Of a stretch of DNA of 24,480 nt, positions 1 to 9,427 are shown piece by piece. The position numbers and the translations under genes were made by a program. The stretch is from a virus (Duplodnaviria; Caudoviricetes). The notes beneath the pieces are model-generated. The model searched no databases, had not been told where the DNA came from, and saw only the letters and a list, made by a program, of their open reading frames with translations. Every line of letters begins with the position of its first letter. Within the stretch, counting starts at the first letter, position 1. The stretch spans positions 1-24,480 of the IMG/VR virus record IMGVR_UViG_3300008093_000065; one strand, written 5' to 3'.

Positions 1-1314
1 AACAATAGTCCATGCTCGGGCATCCAGTGTTGCTTCCTCGAATGTTTCGTTGTGGGTCGTGATGCTACCAGATGGTCCGTTGCGGTATTGGATTTCTACT
101 GTAACGGTTCGGGATCGTGGAATGCCCCGGTCATCGAGCACGGTCAGGCCTTCCGGAAAATAGAAGTCGAATTCAATTCTGTTGGTGTTTTCACCAGGTG
201 GGCAGCAATTAAACCAGCCGCCATAGGCACCAAAATCTCCGGTATTAATGATTTTAAAATACCCAAACAGCAAATCACCTTCAGCGCCGAAACCGTTCCA
301 TGTCTGATCAACTTGCCAGGTGCCATAAATCACGCGCTGAAAAGAAGCGACAGAGCCACTCTCTACAACCCGAAAATATTGATAGCCGCCCTGCGGGATT
401 TGCAGGCGCAGAACAACGCCAACAAATTCTGAGTTGTTATATTCGGCTGGGAGGAAGTCGCGCCAATCGGCGCCATCGGCGTAAGTGATTGAAGTAACCG
501 TGCCGCCACTACCGTTGGCAGAATATTTGTTAAGGCGCATTTTTTTTGTATCGCCCTGCACTACCCACTGATACGTGAATTCACCAGGTGTAAAAGGGCT
601 AATGAATTCAAACTCAGGCAATGCCCCTTTTAGTTCGACCCCTGCGCCATCAACCTCGGCCACGCTGTACATATGCCGGTGTGCTTTGTGGCCGGTAACG
701 GTATCGCCTGGTTTAAAGACACTTACGCTAACATCGCTGCCAAGGTCTGCAATCGATGTGTCCCCCAGACGAATATCCGCAAGATCAATACTGGCACCAT
801 GAGCGCATACAGAAAGCATAAAGTATCGCCACTCTTCGTGGGCAACATACTCCCGGTAAGACGGGCACAAATAATCGGGGTAGATTTTGTGCATGCCAAA
901 AAGAACCGGGGCCGGAGCCATCAATTTCGGCTTATTACCCTGAGCATTCACCGAGTAAATTGAAGAGCTATCCGGGGTTGTGCTGTTGTAGGTATCAGGC
1001 ACGTTGAGCGCGTTCATGGCCCTGATTGCGGCAATGGCACTAATAACTGTAATAACCGTGGCCACAACCACTACCGTACCTTTCGGCTCTACGACAACAT
1101 CCAGCGCATCATGCTCGGCTAATGGCGTATCCCAGCGGTCTGGGGGTAATAGTTTACCGTTGAGGGATACCGAAAACAGCTGCTTGCTGTCTATTTCATC
1201 ATTGTAGTTAGATACGTTTGCGCGCAAATAGTCGCGGAACGATTGACTGGCAGTGGCGACATTATGCTCTGCCTCATCGCTGAATTTATTGCTGTAAACC
1301 TTAATCAAAGGCAT
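1..1314 (-). CDS. Tail-tip/host-specificity protein, lambda J-like with a probable gpI-like N-terminal region; runs off the left end
   Basis: Absent from the ORF track because no stop lies in the window. Read by hand from the ATG at 1314 (MPLIKVYSNKFSDEAEH...), it is open to base 1 (438 codons). It contains SIYSVNAQGNKPKLMAPAPVLFGMHKIYPDY and IEFDFYFPEGL, typical of J-like tail-tip proteins, and overlaps the NlpC/P60 stop. Confidence 0.85.
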   Translation of the reverse strand, partial: MPLIKVYSNKFSDEAEHNVATASQSFRDYLRANVSNYNDEIDSKQLFSVSLNGKLLPPDRWDTPLAEHDALDVVVEPKGTVVVVATVITVISAIAAIRAMNALNVPDTYNSTTPDSSSIYSVNAQGNKPKLMAPAPVLFGMHKIYPDYLCPSYREYVAHEEWRYFMLSVCAHGASIDLADIRLGDTSIADLGSDVSVSVFKPGDTVTGHKAHRHMYSVAEVDGAGVELKGALPEFEFISPFTPGEFTYQWVVQGDTKKMRLNKYSANGSGGTVTSITYADGADWRDFLPAEYNNSEFVGVVLRLQIPQGGYQYFRVVESGSVASFQRVIYGTWQVDQTWNGFGAEGDLLFGYFKIINTGDFGAYGGWFNCCPPGENTNRIEFDFYFPEGLTVLDDRGIPRSRTVTVEIQYRNGPSGSITTHNETFEEATLDARAWTIV

Positions 1315-1705
1315 AGCGCCAGTACTCTATACGATGGTCATAAAACCGCTCAAAGCGGGCGATGGGCATTGTAGAAACCCCGTTCTTAGGGCGTGTATGC
1401 AATACGGTGTGTCCGGTGTCTCCAGGCACCACGATTCCCAAGTGGGCACATTCGTTATCTGCATTAAATACGCACACAACGTCAGCAGCCATAGGTTGAT
1501 CAACGCGAACAAACTCAGAGCTCGACGATATGTACGCGGCATTAATAACGCGGTGTGACGCATTAAGAATGCGGCCCCAGCTTGGAAGCCATGGCACACC
1601 ATACTCCTGAATAAGCACCAGGCGAACGATGCCCCAGCAGTCGGCACCCATCATTGTGCGGCCGCCATCAACATACGGAACGTCTTTGTATTTTTGAGCG
1701 ATCAT
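1301..1705 (-). CDS. NlpC/P60 (C40) family tail-tip assembly peptidase, lambda gpK-like
   Basis: PYVDGGR..GADCWGIV (catalytic Cys), HLGIV and VLHT motifs; lies between DUF1833 and the J-like gene. Confidence 0.9.
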   Translation of the reverse strand: MIAQKYKDVPYVDGGRTMMGADCWGIVRLVLIQEYGVPWLPSWGRILNASHRVINAAYISSSSEFVRVDQPMAADVVCVFNADNECAHLGIVVPGDTGHTVLHTRPKNGVSTMPIARFERFYDHRIEYWRYAFD

Positions 1706-1728
1706 ATTTAAGCGAAGGTTAAATTCGG

Positions 1729-2223
1729 TTAGCCGAAATACTTCAAGCCAGGGGCGATATTTGTTGTATACCGAAGAGCAGGAAACGAGGCGTTAACAAT
1801 ATCGCGGGCGCGGGCGGCGCACTGAACAGACAGATCATCAGAAACGACTGAAACAACCTGCAGGGTCAGTGGCTTTTTTTGCGGCGCGATACGGTGCTTT
1901 TCGGTATAGACATACAGGGTAACCGTTACTACAGAATCAGCATCAAGCGCCTGGTCGATTTTCTCCAAAACATCAAGAGTGGCACCACCAATCGACAGGG
2001 CCAAATCCTGAACCCCGCTTGACGTTTTATCTGGCAACTCAACAGCAAGGCCCGACCATTCGAACGTTGCTACAGAGCCGCCGGGCAGCGTTACCGTTTC
2101 ATCTGCTGACGACACCGCCAGGCGAATGGGCTCATCCCACGCTGTACAGTCGAACTGTGTCAGCAGCAGGTGTGAGTCATCCGTCGGGGCTGAGTTGTAG
2201 ATGCGAGATAGGATGATTGACAT
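1729..2223 (-). CDS. DUF1833-family minor tail protein (gpL-equivalent position)
   Basis: IYNSAP N-terminus, LPDK..G.QDL.LSI, C-terminal FPALRYT...PGLKY; tail-tip gene order. Confidence 0.8.
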   Translation of the reverse strand: MSIILSRIYNSAPTDDSHLLLTQFDCTAWDEPIRLAVSSADETVTLPGGSVATFEWSGLAVELPDKTSSGVQDLALSIGGATLDVLEKIDQALDADSVVTVTLYVYTEKHRIAPQKKPLTLQVVSVVSDDLSVQCAARARDIVNASFPALRYTTNIAPGLKYFG

Positions 2224-2302
2224 GGTTTCTATTAGTAATTTATTAATTAAGAATAATTACACTACTCTCCTATCATTATAGGAAATGATATTAAATTCAC
2301 AT

Positions 2303-4447
2303 TTATATTTTAACCTTAACTCCAATCCTTCCCTTAGAACCTTCTGGCGCAGCACTTCCCATTCTAAAAGAAACAACAACATTAGTTGAGTCAGTTGATA
2401 ACACATAAAGCTGATGAGGCTGGTTAAGATTGTCGGCTGGTTCTGACGAGAGAAGCGTAACAGAGACTGATTTTTTTGTTGGTGTGTACAACAGTCCATG
2501 TGGAATTGTTATGTTCTGATTTGTTGTTATATCGAGACTTATTAAGTCACTTTGAACTTCTGACGAACATCGCAGATTCCCTTTACCAGAAGCCTGAATG
2601 TTAAATTGATCGAGTTGATCTACTGGCCTGTCACCGATAACATAATTGCCAGATGTCTGATATATCTCTAGCGACACCCTGTTTCTACCAGGATGTGTTC
2701 CGGACGGAGTCGAATAACTGAATGAATCTGTGCAAAGCAACAGCTTTCCGTTAACAGTATTGAGTCCACCTGTAATAGTGCACCCTCTTAAACACTCTCG
2801 AGAATTTAAATCTTCGACAGTGTTGCCAGTTCCAGAAATAAATAAGCCATCGTGGCTGTTATATGAACCGTTCAATATGGCCCTGCCAACGTAGTTGTTG
2901 TTACCTGTAATTCTCAACACATCATACCCGGACGTTCCGGTTAGCATTGCGCCACTCATCGTTGATATGTTGTTATGATCGCCAGAAATTATTACCCCAT
3001 GGTTTGATTGCCCTCCAAAAATAAGCTTAATCTTATTAATTTGGCAATCTGAAGAAGCTACCTCACTATGCCCTCCGTCGACAATAAGCGTATTGATATT
3101 TGTAACTGCACCAAAATAACTCTCCGAGTTAGAACCGTCTAGTCCATTAGCATAAGTATGCAAATGCGTAAGTTCTGAGATATTACCATCATAAACTTCT
3201 TCAAAATATTCATTTCTAAAACCCCACTTATAATTGTATGAACAAATTACTGAGCCTATAATTGTATTATGAGGCCCCCTATACACCCAACCACTACCAG
3301 TTACTGAGTTTCGAGAAATAACCTGATCAATCTCCCCCTCTTCCTGACTTTCTGGCGATGTCGATCCGAAATTTGGTGAGTACTCAGTATAAAGGTTATT
3401 ACCTCGACATCGATACACAAAAAAAACTTTCAGCTTTAAACGCGGCCCGTATAGCTTAACGCCTTCTCCAGATGTCTGATTTTCACCATTCCCGTCAATC
3501 ATAATGTTTTCGAAACCGAAATTATAAGGGCATAATGGATTTACAGCGGTTTCCCCTGTTAAAGTTAGGCTATCAAAGTTCTCTGACTTTACGGGGTCAC
3601 AGTTTGATCCATCAGCTAACTTAAGTATTGTTGCAGTGTCGCCACGGCCTTTGATGATAACATTTCGACGGGGGATTAATGTGCTGCTAAATTCAATGGT
3701 CCCCGATTCTACAACTACAATGCCGCCACCGAAAAACCGAGACTGCACATAGATAGCCGAATTTATTCCATCAGCGTTTTGTGCTGGTGTAGATGATCTC
3801 GACACTCCAAACCATTCGCTATTTAAAACCCCGCCAGAACTTGATCTGAATAAGACAGCCACGCTAGGTGGAACACCATCCATAGCAACGTAAACACCCT
3901 CCTCAGTATCACCCGCTACCTGCGCAGAGAAATCTCCATATACAACCACAAAGTTACCAGATCGGCCGCCAGCGGATAAAAAGAATACCTGCCCTGGGTA
4001 TTGTGGAATGACATTTTTAAGTTGAGCCAAACTGGTGCAAACCTTCTTATTGCTTACATCCTGATGCGGCCGCACTTTTTTATCGGTGATATCCGCCAGC
4101 GCGGTGGCACCGGCTGTGTAGTCGGCTGGAACAATCCACATAGAGTTATCAGCCGGGTCCGTCCATACATCGTTTGCTTTGTATGCAGTATCAGCAACAT
4201 GAGCGCCTTTATAGTTTATGGCGCTGTAGCGGCCCAGCAGCGAAACTGCATCAGCCAATGCTGCTCGCCCTTCTGAATCTCTCGCATCCAACATCTCTTG
4301 AAATGTGCGAAGGCGACTTGAGATGCTTTTGTGCACTACGCCAGCAGGTGTAGTTACATTATCAATATCAATACCTGACAATATATCTTCAATGGCGGCC
4401 AGATTTTCGCCCAGGCGCTCAAGGTCAGCTTTGCTTGGCAATGGCAT
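2303..4447 (-). CDS. Tailspike/receptor-binding protein with a predicted parallel beta-helix (pectate-lyase-like) depolymerase domain
   Basis: 714 aa. N-terminal anchor, then LNSEWFGV...NADGINSAI...GGGIVVV..G...IIKGRG..TILK (beta-helix cap), then Gly/Asn-rich coil repeats (ISGDHN, ITGNNN, ISGTGN, ITGGLN). Confidence 0.8.
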   Translation of the reverse strand: MPLPSKADLERLGENLAAIEDILSGIDIDNVTTPAGVVHKSISSRLRTFQEMLDARDSEGRAALADAVSLLGRYSAINYKGAHVADTAYKANDVWTDPADNSMWIVPADYTAGATALADITDKKVRPHQDVSNKKVCTSLAQLKNVIPQYPGQVFFLSAGGRSGNFVVVYGDFSAQVAGDTEEGVYVAMDGVPPSVAVLFRSSSGGVLNSEWFGVSRSSTPAQNADGINSAIYVQSRFFGGGIVVVESGTIEFSSTLIPRRNVIIKGRGDTATILKLADGSNCDPVKSENFDSLTLTGETAVNPLCPYNFGFENIMIDGNGENQTSGEGVKLYGPRLKLKVFFVYRCRGNNLYTEYSPNFGSTSPESQEEGEIDQVISRNSVTGSGWVYRGPHNTIIGSVICSYNYKWGFRNEYFEEVYDGNISELTHLHTYANGLDGSNSESYFGAVTNINTLIVDGGHSEVASSDCQINKIKLIFGGQSNHGVIISGDHNNISTMSGAMLTGTSGYDVLRITGNNNYVGRAILNGSYNSHDGLFISGTGNTVEDLNSRECLRGCTITGGLNTVNGKLLLCTDSFSYSTPSGTHPGRNRVSLEIYQTSGNYVIGDRPVDQLDQFNIQASGKGNLRCSSEVQSDLISLDITTNQNITIPHGLLYTPTKKSVSVTLLSSEPADNLNQPHQLYVLSTDSTNVVVSFRMGSAAPEGSKGRIGVKVKI

Positions 4448-4457
4448 TTTTAAGATC

Positions 4458-4931
4458 TCATTGTTTATTTACGTTTTCTTCAACCTGAATGATGAAACCT
4501 TCCAGGTCTGTTAGTTGCGCGCCGATATCGATTACTGATGTGGTTAAGCCATCATCGAGTAATTCCAGCTTTTCTATCTCAACATCTACCGCGAATTCCC
4601 AGCGGTTGGGGGGGTGATAAACAGCGCGGTAATCACTTATGAATTTGCACGTATGATCGATCAGGCCAGCCGGGGTTTTAAATGGAATTACAAAAGTAAC
4701 AGCCCCACCTTCAAGTACGTCCTGAACCCAGCCCTCAAACAATTGAGCCTGCTCTGAGTTCATGCGAAAAACTAAGCGTGAGTCCGAAGGAGCGCTAAAC
4801 CACCGGCGGCGATTTCTTGTTCGCCCAGAGGTCATTTTTATTCGTGTGGTGCCTGATCGTCTTGTGTATCCATGGCCGGAAAGCTGCGGGTACGGCAACA
4901 GATGGGCCGGGTATTTTGTGTAGTCGGTCAT
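4458..4931 (-). CDS. Distal tail protein (Dit, gpM-like)
   Basis: Directly downstream of the tape measure; LPYP..SG, R..M.SGR.RNRR, FEGW...L.GG..F motifs. Confidence 0.8.
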   Translation of the reverse strand: MTDYTKYPAHLLPYPQLSGHGYTRRSGTTRIKMTSGRTRNRRRWFSAPSDSRLVFRMNSEQAQLFEGWVQDVLEGGAVTFVIPFKTPAGLIDHTCKFISDYRAVYHPPNRWEFAVDVEIEKLELLDDGLTTSVIDIGAQLTDLEGFIIQVEENVNKQ

Positions 4932-4932
4932 T

Positions 4933-6957
4933 TCAGCTTCCGTACGGATTCAGTCGAAACTTACTCATCAGGCGCTGGGTAAAGTCGCCGTCACTATCGA
5001 TGTCGCGCACCAGTACCTGGGTGATCATTCGCCCCTGATCGTCGGTTGATTTGCTGGTTTCTGTTGTTGTTCCGCTGCTGGCGTTAATGACTTGCACAAT
5101 CTGATCGCCCGATGATTTACCGGTGCTGGCGTTGCCGTTAGCAATATCAAACAGTTGCTTTTGCTGGCCCATATTCAGGACCATTTCGCGGGAGTTTACG
5201 GCGGCGGTGAGGTTGTCGCCGGTGTAGCTTGCGCCAGGGATAATGCCGCCGTTTTCGTATGAGCCTGCGATGGCTGTGCCAGACACTACCCCGATGGACG
5301 CATAACCCAGGCCGCGAATAATGCCAGCGCCTATAGGGCCAGCGACGGGGCCCAGCTTGAGCGCGGCGGTTGCACCCTCTTCTGTGCTGGCAATCATGCT
5401 GGGAATTGCAGCCATTTTCTGGGCTGCGAACATCGCTTTGTATAATGAGCTACGCTTTTTGCCGACGCTTTCCAGTGCGCTCAGAGTTGTTGAGTTGAAG
5501 TTGCTGAGGGCTGCAATATCCTGTTCGCGCTGTCGCTGCTGCAGATCGGCGGCGCGTTTATCTTCCTCCACCCGTTTCTCGGCACCTGTTTTTGCAATGT
5601 CGGCCAGGCGCTGTTGGTAAATGGCGAAATTTTGAGCGGTTAGGTTTTGCCACTCTTCTTCCGACAGGTTTTGATTCAGCCAAGCCTGGTCGATTTTATC
5701 CTGGCGCTCGGCCATGGCGATGTCTTCGACCTGCTGTTTATCGGCCAGTGACCGGCGAACAGATGCGATTGCAGCTTCATCTGCTGTTTTTTGTTTTGCC
5801 AGGCGCTCAGCTTCTTTTTCAGCCAGCTTTTTATCTGCTTCTGCTTTTGCTGCCTCTGATATTTCGCGCTGCTTTTGCTCTGAAGCCAGCTGGGCGGCGG
5901 TTTGTTCTGTTTGTTGTTTTTTGCGCAGCTCCTGCAGCTCGCTCAGACGTGCCATTACTCTGTCGTATTCAGAGTTGAGGTTCATCAACTCCGATTTGTT
6001 ACCGACCAGCCATGACATGACGCCTGTTTTTTCGCCGGAGCCGAGCTGCTTCATTTCGGCCAGTATTTCCTGGCGGCGGGCAAACAGCTGATCGAATTCA
6101 TCCTGCCCTTTTGGGGCCATCGCGTTATTTACGCGATCCAGTCCATTGGCCAGCGTGTTAAATAAGTCGGCGGCGGCTTCGTTTGCATCAGTGCTGCTAA
6201 CAAGCCCAATTTTAAATTCGTCCCAGCGCTGACTTAAGGTATCGACAGAGCCAGATAAACCACCTGCAGACGCAGCCCCGGCACCCCCAATTTGGTTTTG
6301 AAGCTCTTGTAAAATCAGGCGCTGGGCTTCTGCCCGGTTGCCTGCAGCATCCAGCGCGGTAATTTGATCTTTTTGCTGTTCTGTAAATGACACCCCGGAG
6401 CGTTTAAGTGCTGTCAGTCCCTCTGTCGGGCTTTCCAGCGCCTTACCCAGCTGCAGGGCTTTGTCTTTAGCTGTTCCGCCGAATACGGCGGCCATGTCTT
6501 GCGATAACACAATTGCTTGTTTAAAGGTGTCGCCGCTAACACTTTTAAAGGTCAGCAGTACGCTTTGCGCCTCGGCTATGCCGTCGACACTGGCGAGCGT
6601 GGCCAATGCCACTGCAGATGCCTGCTCCCTTAAATCATCGGCTGTTAGGCCAGCTGCATAACCGGTTGTTTTCAGCAGTTGCTGAACCTGCAGCTGATTC
6701 TGCTCGTATTGCTCATACGTGCGCAGTGCAGCGGTCATTGTTGCTGTGCCGGCTGCTATCGCTGCGCCAAAGCCAGCAGCAGCAACGGTCGTGGTGCTGA
6801 GCAAGCCAGACACCGATGACAGAGAGCCGGTCAGGCCATTATTGCCCTTTATGCTTTCGCTATATCCGGTGGTGCTTCGTTTGGCTTTGTCGATTGTGGC
6901 CGAGTAGCCAGAATCAGCGCCCTTCAGGCGAACGGTAAAGTCAGTGCTTTGTCCCAT
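4933..6957 (-). CDS. Tail tape measure protein
   Basis: 674 aa, Ala/Gln-rich and helical; QLGKALESPTEGLTALKRSGVSFT motif; C-terminal YENGGIIPG...GD motif; follows the G/T chaperones. Confidence 0.95.
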   Translation of the reverse strand: MGQSTDFTVRLKGADSGYSATIDKAKRSTTGYSESIKGNNGLTGSLSSVSGLLSTTTVAAAGFGAAIAAGTATMTAALRTYEQYEQNQLQVQQLLKTTGYAAGLTADDLREQASAVALATLASVDGIAEAQSVLLTFKSVSGDTFKQAIVLSQDMAAVFGGTAKDKALQLGKALESPTEGLTALKRSGVSFTEQQKDQITALDAAGNRAEAQRLILQELQNQIGGAGAASAGGLSGSVDTLSQRWDEFKIGLVSSTDANEAAADLFNTLANGLDRVNNAMAPKGQDEFDQLFARRQEILAEMKQLGSGEKTGVMSWLVGNKSELMNLNSEYDRVMARLSELQELRKKQQTEQTAAQLASEQKQREISEAAKAEADKKLAEKEAERLAKQKTADEAAIASVRRSLADKQQVEDIAMAERQDKIDQAWLNQNLSEEEWQNLTAQNFAIYQQRLADIAKTGAEKRVEEDKRAADLQQRQREQDIAALSNFNSTTLSALESVGKKRSSLYKAMFAAQKMAAIPSMIASTEEGATAALKLGPVAGPIGAGIIRGLGYASIGVVSGTAIAGSYENGGIIPGASYTGDNLTAAVNSREMVLNMGQQKQLFDIANGNASTGKSSGDQIVQVINASSGTTTETSKSTDDQGRMITQVLVRDIDSDGDFTQRLMSKFRLNPYGS

Positions 6958-7276
6958 TGCCGAACATACCTGTGAATATTGCGAATTGTTCTTCTGCTGT
7001 TTGTTCGCGGACCGGGCGGTGCACTGTTAGCAGAAAGTCGGAGGCGGTTAATGCTTTGCTGTTTTTGCTGCGGTACATATTGACCAGCGTCGCGGATATC
7101 TGGCCGAGCCGCAGCTCGTCGGCTTCTGCTCCAAAGGGTTCTAACTGGTAGAACCGTTCCCACTCAGACAGCAGGCTGGCGGGCATGGTTTGAAGCATTT
7201 CGTCGACGTTCCAGATTCCCAAATGAGCCGCTATGCGCAGGGCTGCGCGGCGGGCTGGCTGGTCTTTCAGGGGTTT
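6941..7276 (-). CDS. Tail assembly chaperone gpT-like portion, probably reached by a -1 frameshift from the upstream gene
   Basis: RIAAHLGIWNVDEMLQTM....LSEWERFYQLEPFG is typical of gpT-like proteins; it lies in the -1 frame relative to the upstream ORF. Confidence 0.8.
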   Translation of the reverse strand, partial: KPLKDQPARRAALRIAAHLGIWNVDEMLQTMPASLLSEWERFYQLEPFGAEADELRLGQISATLVNMYRSKNSKALTASDFLLTVHRPVREQTAEEQFAIFTGMFGNGTKH

Positions 7277-7674
7277 AGTGTTGGGGCCTGATATTCCTGG
7301 GGCGGAGGTGGCAACAGCCACTCAAGGGCGCTCATGCAGCAAGATGCCGAAAGCAGATCATCGACAATACTGCTGGGCAGCAGCGCGAGTTTTCGCAGGT
7401 GTTCCGGGTTGTTGTGGTCGTAGAGGTAAAACCCTTTTGAGCTGCGCAAGCTGGCGGCAATTACCTGCAGACGCATCGCCATAAACTGGCGTGAGCGCTC
7501 CTCAGCATCGTCAATTTTCATCAGCTCAGAAGCCAGGTCGGCGAACTGCACGCGAAGATCCGCGCCCAGCTCAACCAGAGTAAATCCATTTACTGTTGTC
7601 TTTTTGCGCACTTTAAAAAGCCCGTCGCGTGGCAGAATGCCCAGCATGGCCATGATTAATGCGAGTATTTTCAT
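7267..7674 (-). CDS. Tail assembly chaperone gpG-like
   Basis: Sits between the tail tube and the gpT-like ORF; ends in CTA AAC CCC TGA. Confidence 0.7.
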   Translation of the reverse strand: MKILALIMAMLGILPRDGLFKVRKKTTVNGFTLVELGADLRVQFADLASELMKIDDAEERSRQFMAMRLQVIAASLRSSKGFYLYDHNNPEHLRKLALLPSSIVDDLLSASCCMSALEWLLPPPPQEYQAPTLNP

Positions 7675-7676
7675 GG

Positions 7677-8111
7677 TTACACCACGCTGCTCATTGCTGG
7701 CTTGCCGCTGATTTTCATCGCAAACGTGATGTCGATGTGCGCATCTTTGGTTGTGGGCATGCCAATTTTTGAGATTACTGCATCAAAGTCGGCTTTTTGC
7801 GAAATGGGTGATGGATATTTAAGGCGGGCTTTCAACGTCTCACCGGCCAGACCCGATGCACGCAAAGCATCCACTTTGGCTTTGTTGGCTGTGCGGGCGC
7901 GGATGGTTACGGATAACTCGCCGGCATCTTTCATGCCTGCTTCAAACGTGCGCCAGTCGTCTTCGTCTGGACCGTATTGTGTGTTTTCGCTGGTGTCGAT
8001 CGTCATGTCTAAGCCAGACATTTCCATCACGCCACCAATCAGGTCGTACTTGTCGGTTTCTGTGCTGGCCTCGTCGTAGACGTAAAAGCCGGTTTTTAAT
8101 CCAAGGGTCAT
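7677..8111 (-). CDS. Major tail tube protein
   Basis: D.WRTFEAGMKDAGELSV and C-terminal ITFAMKISGKP, typical of siphophage tube proteins. Confidence 0.9.
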   Translation of the reverse strand: MTLGLKTGFYVYDEASTETDKYDLIGGVMEMSGLDMTIDTSENTQYGPDEDDWRTFEAGMKDAGELSVTIRARTANKAKVDALRASGLAGETLKARLKYPSPISQKADFDAVISKIGMPTTKDAHIDITFAMKISGKPAMSSVV

Positions 8112-8116
8112 GGTGG

Positions 8117-8509
8117 TTATTCCTCGTCGTAGTAAACGGTGTAGGTAATTGCCAGCGAGCCGCTGGAGGTTTCTGGATCGCGGTCATAGCTGAAGCCGTT
8201 GCGGGTAATGCCTGCAATCAGATCACCGAAGGTTGTGTCGGCGGCGATCAGCGGCTTCATGGCTTCTTCTTTTTCATCAAGGGCGCCATCAATATCGCGC
8301 ATGCTGGCCGCCCAGATTTCTATCACCAGCTGGCTGTCTGCCCGGTATTCTTCGTCGAAGTCTTTTTCGGTATCCCCTGCCTGAAAATATACGGCGGCAC
8401 AGGGCAGATCGTCGGGGTCCAGATCGGCTGGGCGATAATCAAACGTGCGCTCAAACACTGGAGCAATTGCGGTGCTGATGGCGCTGCGGATTTGTTTTCG
8501 GGTCGGCAT
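8117..8509 (-). CDS. Tail terminator (lambda gpU-like)
   Basis: R.QIR.AI N-terminus, DLPCAAVY, GFSYDRD, acidic; gene order. Confidence 0.8.
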   Translation of the reverse strand: MPTRKQIRSAISTAIAPVFERTFDYRPADLDPDDLPCAAVYFQAGDTEKDFDEEYRADSQLVIEIWAASMRDIDGALDEKEEAMKPLIAADTTFGDLIAGITRNGFSYDRDPETSSGSLAITYTVYYDEE

Positions 8510-8510
8510 T

Positions 8511-9107
8511 TTATTTCGGCATCCGCTTTAAAATTCGGTATTCGTATTCGTGTTTTAAAAGCCGGGCGATGTCGTGGCGCATGGCAGAGCTGGCTGTTTT
8601 AATGGCGTTTTCTTTTACGACTTTGGCAATTTCAACGGTTACGGCGCGCAGTGGGTAGCGGCCTTTGCCTTTGCGCTTAAACACCTGGGTTTTACCAATG
8701 AGTTGCGAGGCCGGATTTTTGCGGCCTTTCGTCGAGCCTTTTGGTGCACTGGTGGCGGTGGCGATAAATGCGTCAGGCTGCAGATATGCCCCTGCTTGCA
8801 CGCCGCCGGGAACCTCGCGGGCGTTGAGTTTTATCATCGGTATGCCGCGGGTATTTACTTTAATTCCGGCCACCAGCTTTTTACTGCTGGCGCGGTTAAT
8901 TCGCACGCGCTGGCGAATCAGTTTTTGCTTAATCGACAGTTTGCTGGCTGTTGCGCGCACAGTGCCGGTGCTGACTTTTGCCGCGCTTTTATTCAGTGCT
9001 GCGGCTTGGGCACGCCCTACTTCTATGCCCTTCATGTGTCGCAGCTTGGCTTCCAGCCTGCCCAACTCGTAATTCAGATATTGTTCATCGACCGATAATT
9101 TTGGCAT
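8511..9107 (-). CDS. Minor tail/tail-completion protein (lambda gpZ-like)
   Basis: Basic protein with ALNK.A, DAFIA and QVFKRKGKGRYPL motifs. Confidence 0.85.
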   Translation of the reverse strand: MPKLSVDEQYLNYELGRLEAKLRHMKGIEVGRAQAAALNKSAAKVSTGTVRATASKLSIKQKLIRQRVRINRASSKKLVAGIKVNTRGIPMIKLNAREVPGGVQAGAYLQPDAFIATATSAPKGSTKGRKNPASQLIGKTQVFKRKGKGRYPLRAVTVEIAKVVKENAIKTASSAMRHDIARLLKHEYEYRILKRMPK

Positions 9108-9109
9108 TG

Positions 9110-9418
9110 CTAACCCCGCTCTATTTCTGCGAAATAAACACGGTATGCCGTCATGCTTTCTGCCGGTTTTGCGATAACCATTCGCACGGTTTCGCCGGAT
9201 TCCAGCGTGATATCCAGCTTGTCATCACGCCGCATTTTATGGGCGCGTTTCAGGGTTATGCGGTAACCGTCGGCCATCATGCTGCCGCCTGCTTCATCGA
9301 GCATTTGCGATTTCAGGCAGGTTGCTTGCACCGGGCTTGTGTCCGGATGCAGAACGCACGGAAGCCCCCGCAGTGCCATTAATGTATCGATTGCCATTTC
9401 TGCGAGGGTATCCGTCAT
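9110..9418 (-). CDS. Putative head-tail joining protein (gpFII position)
   Basis: 102 aa, beta-rich, between the cement gene and gpZ; based mainly on position. Confidence 0.55.
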   Translation of the reverse strand: MTDTLAEMAIDTLMALRGLPCVLHPDTSPVQATCLKSQMLDEAGGSMMADGYRITLKRAHKMRRDDKLDITLESGETVRMVIAKPAESMTAYRVYFAEIERG

Positions 9419-9427
9419 GCGTCAGAC

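Noticed and set aside
540-547. T8 homopolymer as a phase-variation site
   Set aside because: It is short, in frame (ACA AAA AAA, Thr-Lys-Lys), and the ORF is intact.
52-1207. Several plus-strand ORFs at the left end
   Set aside because: They lie opposite the uninterrupted minus-strand J-like reading frame.
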